Below, one piece after another: positions 17,337 to 20,139 of a stretch of DNA of 20,139 bases. This DNA comes from Bdellovibrionia bacterium (GTDB lineage: Bacteria; Bdellovibrionota; UBA1018), in the NCBI GenBank assembly GCA_049424145.1, contig JBMSSC010000040.1, positions 1-20,139 on the forward strand. The letters are read 5' to 3'. Below the pieces are notes generated by a model. It was not told the origin of the DNA. It was given only the letters and a program-made list of their open reading frames with translations, and did no database searches. The position numbers and the translations under genes were made by a program. Positions within the stretch are counted from its first letter, which is position 1; each line of letters opens with the position of its first letter.

Positions 17337-19649
17337 TTACCGCTGCAGATCAATGACTTGGGGAAGGTCGCGTGCGTTGTTGGAGGTCCCGTCTCCGACC
17401 TGGCCGTAGTAGTTCTCTCCCCAGCATTTGAGCAGTCCATCGACCGTGATCCCGCATGTATTGGTGACTCCCACTGCAACGGAGAGGTAGAAAGTTCCAG
17501 GGTCAATGAGTTTGGGCTCTAATTGGTAGGAGCTTGTGTATCCATCCCCCAGTTGGCTGTATCGGCCCCAGCCCCAGCACTTCAGATGCCCCTGAGTGGT
17601 AATACCACAGGTGTGGTAGCCTGCCATCGCGAGAGCTTGGTAAGATGTAGTGGAATCGACTGGGACAGGAGAGGGTCGCGGGGTCCGGGAGCCATCTCCG
17701 ATTTGTCCATCCCCATTCCAGCCCCAGCATTTGAGGGAACCCGAAGTCGTCAAACCACAACTGGTTTCCGCCCATTCTCCTGCTGCCGCTGTAAGTAAAT
17801 AGGAAGCTCCCGAGTCAGGCTCAACCGCAGTGGATCGAGCCGTGTTGGTTCCATCTCCCAGTTGATAGGATCCATTTGCGCCCCAACACCTCAAGACGTT
17901 GGACGTCGTGACGCCACAAGTGTGCCCGGTTCCTGGGGCGACTGATAAGTAGATGTTCCCTGCGTCAGACTCCACTGGTGTGGATTGATGGGTTGTATTG
18001 CCGTTACCTAATTGCCCATTCCAGTTCACTCCCCAGCATTTGAGCATTCCACTGGAGGTGATGCCGCAGGTGTGATAGTCGCCTGCTTTCAGTGCGACGT
18101 AGGAGACTCCTGGATCAACGACAGAGACAGGAGTGTTCTGATCTGATGTCGTTGCGTCCCCCAGTTGTCCGTAGTTGTTTCGTCCCCAGCATTTAACACC
18201 ACCCAGGCTTGTGAGCCCACAGGTGTGGGATATTCCTGCTGTAACTTGGGTGTAGTGAGTTGAGGAGTCTGAAATTGCAACGGGTGCTGGCTGGTTTGGG
18301 CCTCCTCCGTTTCCAAGTTGACCATAGTTGTTTCGTCCCCAGCATTTGAGCTCACCTGAGGTGAGCACTGCACAGGCATGTCCGTTACCGAATGCAACAG
18401 CCAGAGCGGATGGGGTGAGAGTTGGGGATCCGATCCCAAACTGCCCAAAGAGATTTTCTCCCCAACAGGTGAGTAGACCAGAGCTTTTAACTCCACAGGT
18501 GTGAATTCGTCCGGCAGCGACAGCCAGGTAGGAGTTTCCAGAGTCAATAAGCAGTGGGACAAGGGATTTCGTACGAGTGGAGTCCCCGAGTTGACTCCAA
18601 TAATTATGGCCCCAGCACTTCAGGAACCCATCACTTGTGATCGCGCAGCTGTGTTGTCTTCCTGCTGAGATCCGCTGATAGGAGGTGCCTAAGTCGATGG
18701 GTGTAGGTGAGTTTCTTAAGCTGGTGGTTGTATCCCCGACCTGTCCATCCAAATTGATCCCCCAACACCGAAGCGATCCATCTAAAAGGATGCCGCAGGT
18801 GTGAAAATCTCCTGCAGAGACTGCCGTATAAAACGTCCCAAGATCAACGGCGATCGGGCTGAGTTCATCAGAAAAGCTTGAGTTTCCTACTTGTACCCAA
18901 TAGTTGGATCCCCAGCACCTGAGAGCGCCATCGGTGAGAATTCCACACGTGTGATGGAGTCCTGCTGTAACCGACTGGTAAGTGCTTCCTCCATCGATGG
19001 TCAAGGGACCTAGGCTGTCGGTCCTGGATCCATTGCCTAATTGTCCCGATGCATTAAGTCCCCAGCACTTCAGAGTTTGGGCTTGCGTGAGTCCACAGGT
19101 GTGAAAGGCTCCGACTGAAACCTCAATGTAGCTAACTCCGGGATCCACAATCGAGGGAGAGTGAGTATCGGTGGTGTTTCCAATGCCAAGCTGACCAAAA
19201 GGATTCGATCCCCAACATTTTAATTCATGATTCTGGGTGATTCCACAGGTCTGAAACCCACCAGCAGACAAACTCAGGTAGTCTTCCGATGGATCGATCG
19301 GACTAGGTGTTGTCTTCTCGATTGTACTACCATCGCCCAGTTGTCCAAAAGTATTGGATCCCCAGCAATAAAGCTTCCCTGATACTGAAATTCCACAGGA
19401 GTGAGAATCTCCTGAGGCAATCTGAAGTAAGGCGAGAGGTTCTTGGATTCCAGGGGATCCTCCCCGGTTGTCCAGACCTTGGGGGGGAGAGGGACTTCCG
19501 CTGAGCCTTGAAATCCAAGTGAGGCCGCCAAGCAAGGAAGCTGGGCTGCAGCCTGAGGCAAAAACCAGGACTCCTAATAAAAAAAGAAACTTCCAGGTTT
19601 TTAGAGGTCTAAGAGACTTCAATGGATTGCCTGCTCGCTTTCTCTTCAT
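17337..19649 (-). CDS. RCC1-repeat lipoprotein (14 repeats, probably two 7-bladed beta-propellers)
   Basis: Lipobox VFASG-C (Cys34) after a basic/hydrophobic leader; 14 copies of ~50-aa V.AG..HTCG....G.LKCWG.N..GQLG.G; AAGGAG RBS 7 nt before ATG. Confidence 0.92.
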   Translation of the reverse strand: MKRKRAGNPLKSLRPLKTWKFLFLLGVLVFASGCSPASLLGGLTWISRLSGSPSPPQGLDNRGGSPGIQEPLALLQIASGDSHSCGISVSGKLYCWGSNTFGQLGDGSTIEKTTPSPIDPSEDYLSLSAGGFQTCGITQNHELKCWGSNPFGQLGIGNTTDTHSPSIVDPGVSYIEVSVGAFHTCGLTQAQTLKCWGLNASGQLGNGSRTDSLGPLTIDGGSTYQSVTAGLHHTCGILTDGALRCWGSNYWVQVGNSSFSDELSPIAVDLGTFYTAVSAGDFHTCGILLDGSLRCWGINLDGQVGDTTTSLRNSPTPIDLGTSYQRISAGRQHSCAITSDGFLKCWGHNYWSQLGDSTRTKSLVPLLIDSGNSYLAVAAGRIHTCGVKSSGLLTCWGENLFGQFGIGSPTLTPSALAVAFGNGHACAVLTSGELKCWGRNNYGQLGNGGGPNQPAPVAISDSSTHYTQVTAGISHTCGLTSLGGVKCWGRNNYGQLGDATTSDQNTPVSVVDPGVSYVALKAGDYHTCGITSSGMLKCWGVNWNGQLGNGNTTHQSTPVESDAGNIYLSVAPGTGHTCGVTTSNVLRCWGANGSYQLGDGTNTARSTAVEPDSGASYLLTAAAGEWAETSCGLTTSGSLKCWGWNGDGQIGDGSRTPRPSPVPVDSTTSYQALAMAGYHTCGITTQGHLKCWGWGRYSQLGDGYTSSYQLEPKLIDPGTFYLSVAVGVTNTCGITVDGLLKCWGENYYGQVGDGTSNNARDLPQVIDLQR
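18172..18347. repeat. Identical 23-bp direct repeat in adjacent RCC1 repeats 8 and 9
   Basis: TAGTTGTTTCGTCCCCAGCATTT at 18172-18194 and 18325-18347 (153 bp, 51 codons apart). Confidence 0.85.
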
Positions 19650-19773
19650 TGGAGAGCTCCTTCCGCCTGAAGCGGGTTCGTCATTTTCGGTTGCTCCTAA
19701 GAATCTGAAAAGGGAGCTAAATAAAGCCTAAAATAGGGCGCATGACGGATGAAAATGAACGAGATACTCTTTA

Positions 19774-19802
19774 AGGATAGTTGATAAAACTATTTTAGTC
19801 AA
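19774..19802 (-). promoter_or_regulatory. Putative sigma70 promoter of the RCC1 lipoprotein gene (TTGACT-17-TATCCT) with overlapping inverted repeat
   Basis: -35 TTGACT (19802-19797), 17-nt spacer, -10 TATCCT (19779-19774); ATAGTT-N5-AACTAT palindrome at 19777-19793. Confidence 0.6.
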
Positions 19803-19837
19803 TCATTAGAGTCAGGGCGTTGAATTTGAAGTAAAAG

Positions 19838-19864
19838 CTACTTCTACTTCTACTTCTACTTCTA
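19838..19864. repeat. Simple sequence repeat (CTACTT)4.5
   Basis: Perfect hexamer tandem CTACTTCTACTTCTACTTCTACTTCTA in intergenic DNA. Confidence 0.95.
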
Positions 19865-20139
19865 ATGACGCCAGATCTATTGAATTTTATTGAAAAAATA
19901 AGGCCTAAAAACCAAACCTCGATTTCAGTCACTGGGAGCTTTCGATTCATCCAGATCAGTCGGAGCGTTTCGGTGTGTCCTGAGCTCAAGTGACCGGGGG
20001 AAGCAGGATGATCCTAGGGGTCGATCGGGGACATGGCGTGCTTGTGTCGTGACTATCGGATTCTCAATGCCTTCGGTGCCGGAGAAAATGAGGAAAAAGA
20101 CTATCAATTTTGAGTAAATCCTCTTCTTTAAGGTTTCCT

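Noticed and set aside
17345..19430. Periodic ~150-bp repeats as a CRISPR array or DGR template/variable repeat
   Set aside because: The repeats are degenerate, in frame and encode RCC1 blades; there are no cas genes, reverse transcriptase or adenine-specific mismatch pair.
262..19731. Many short alternative-frame and antisense ORFs in the track (e.g. 266..550, 6656..7162, 16768..17124, 18089..18562)
   Set aside because: They lie within well-supported genes, show no recognisable motifs and are expected shadow ORFs.
19795..20107. Small ORFs 19795..19989 (with RSRSRSRS) and 19925..20107
   Set aside because: The RS run is just the translated hexamer repeat; starts are non-ATG with no convincing RBS or protein-like features.

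Overview
Bacterial chromosomal window; the Prs/LeuS style, many exported orphan proteins and an RCC1-repeat lipoprotein suggest a Bdellovibrionota-like organism (inference). Housekeeping genes are prs, leuS, a type III glutamine synthetase, pyrB and an AspC-like aminotransferase. Two accessory blocks encode mostly exported proteins. (1) Between prs and leuS lies a convergent pair overlapping by 4 bp: a 1016-aa signal-peptide protein with a Fic domain (HPFTNGNGRLGR) followed by a segment resembling a PARP/diphtheria-toxin-type ADP-ribosyltransferase core, and a signal-peptide-bearing OGFr-domain protein. This is the best candidate for an undescribed system, possibly a secreted nucleotide-transfer effector module. 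(2) The right third holds two exported orphans, a DUF2723/TMEM260-like GT-C glycosyltransferase and a 14-repeat RCC1 lipoprotein whose promoter carries an operator-like palindrome and an upstream (CTACTT)4.5 repeat. I saw no rRNA, tRNA, CRISPR array or transposase. All family calls come from motif recognition by eye; no searches were run.
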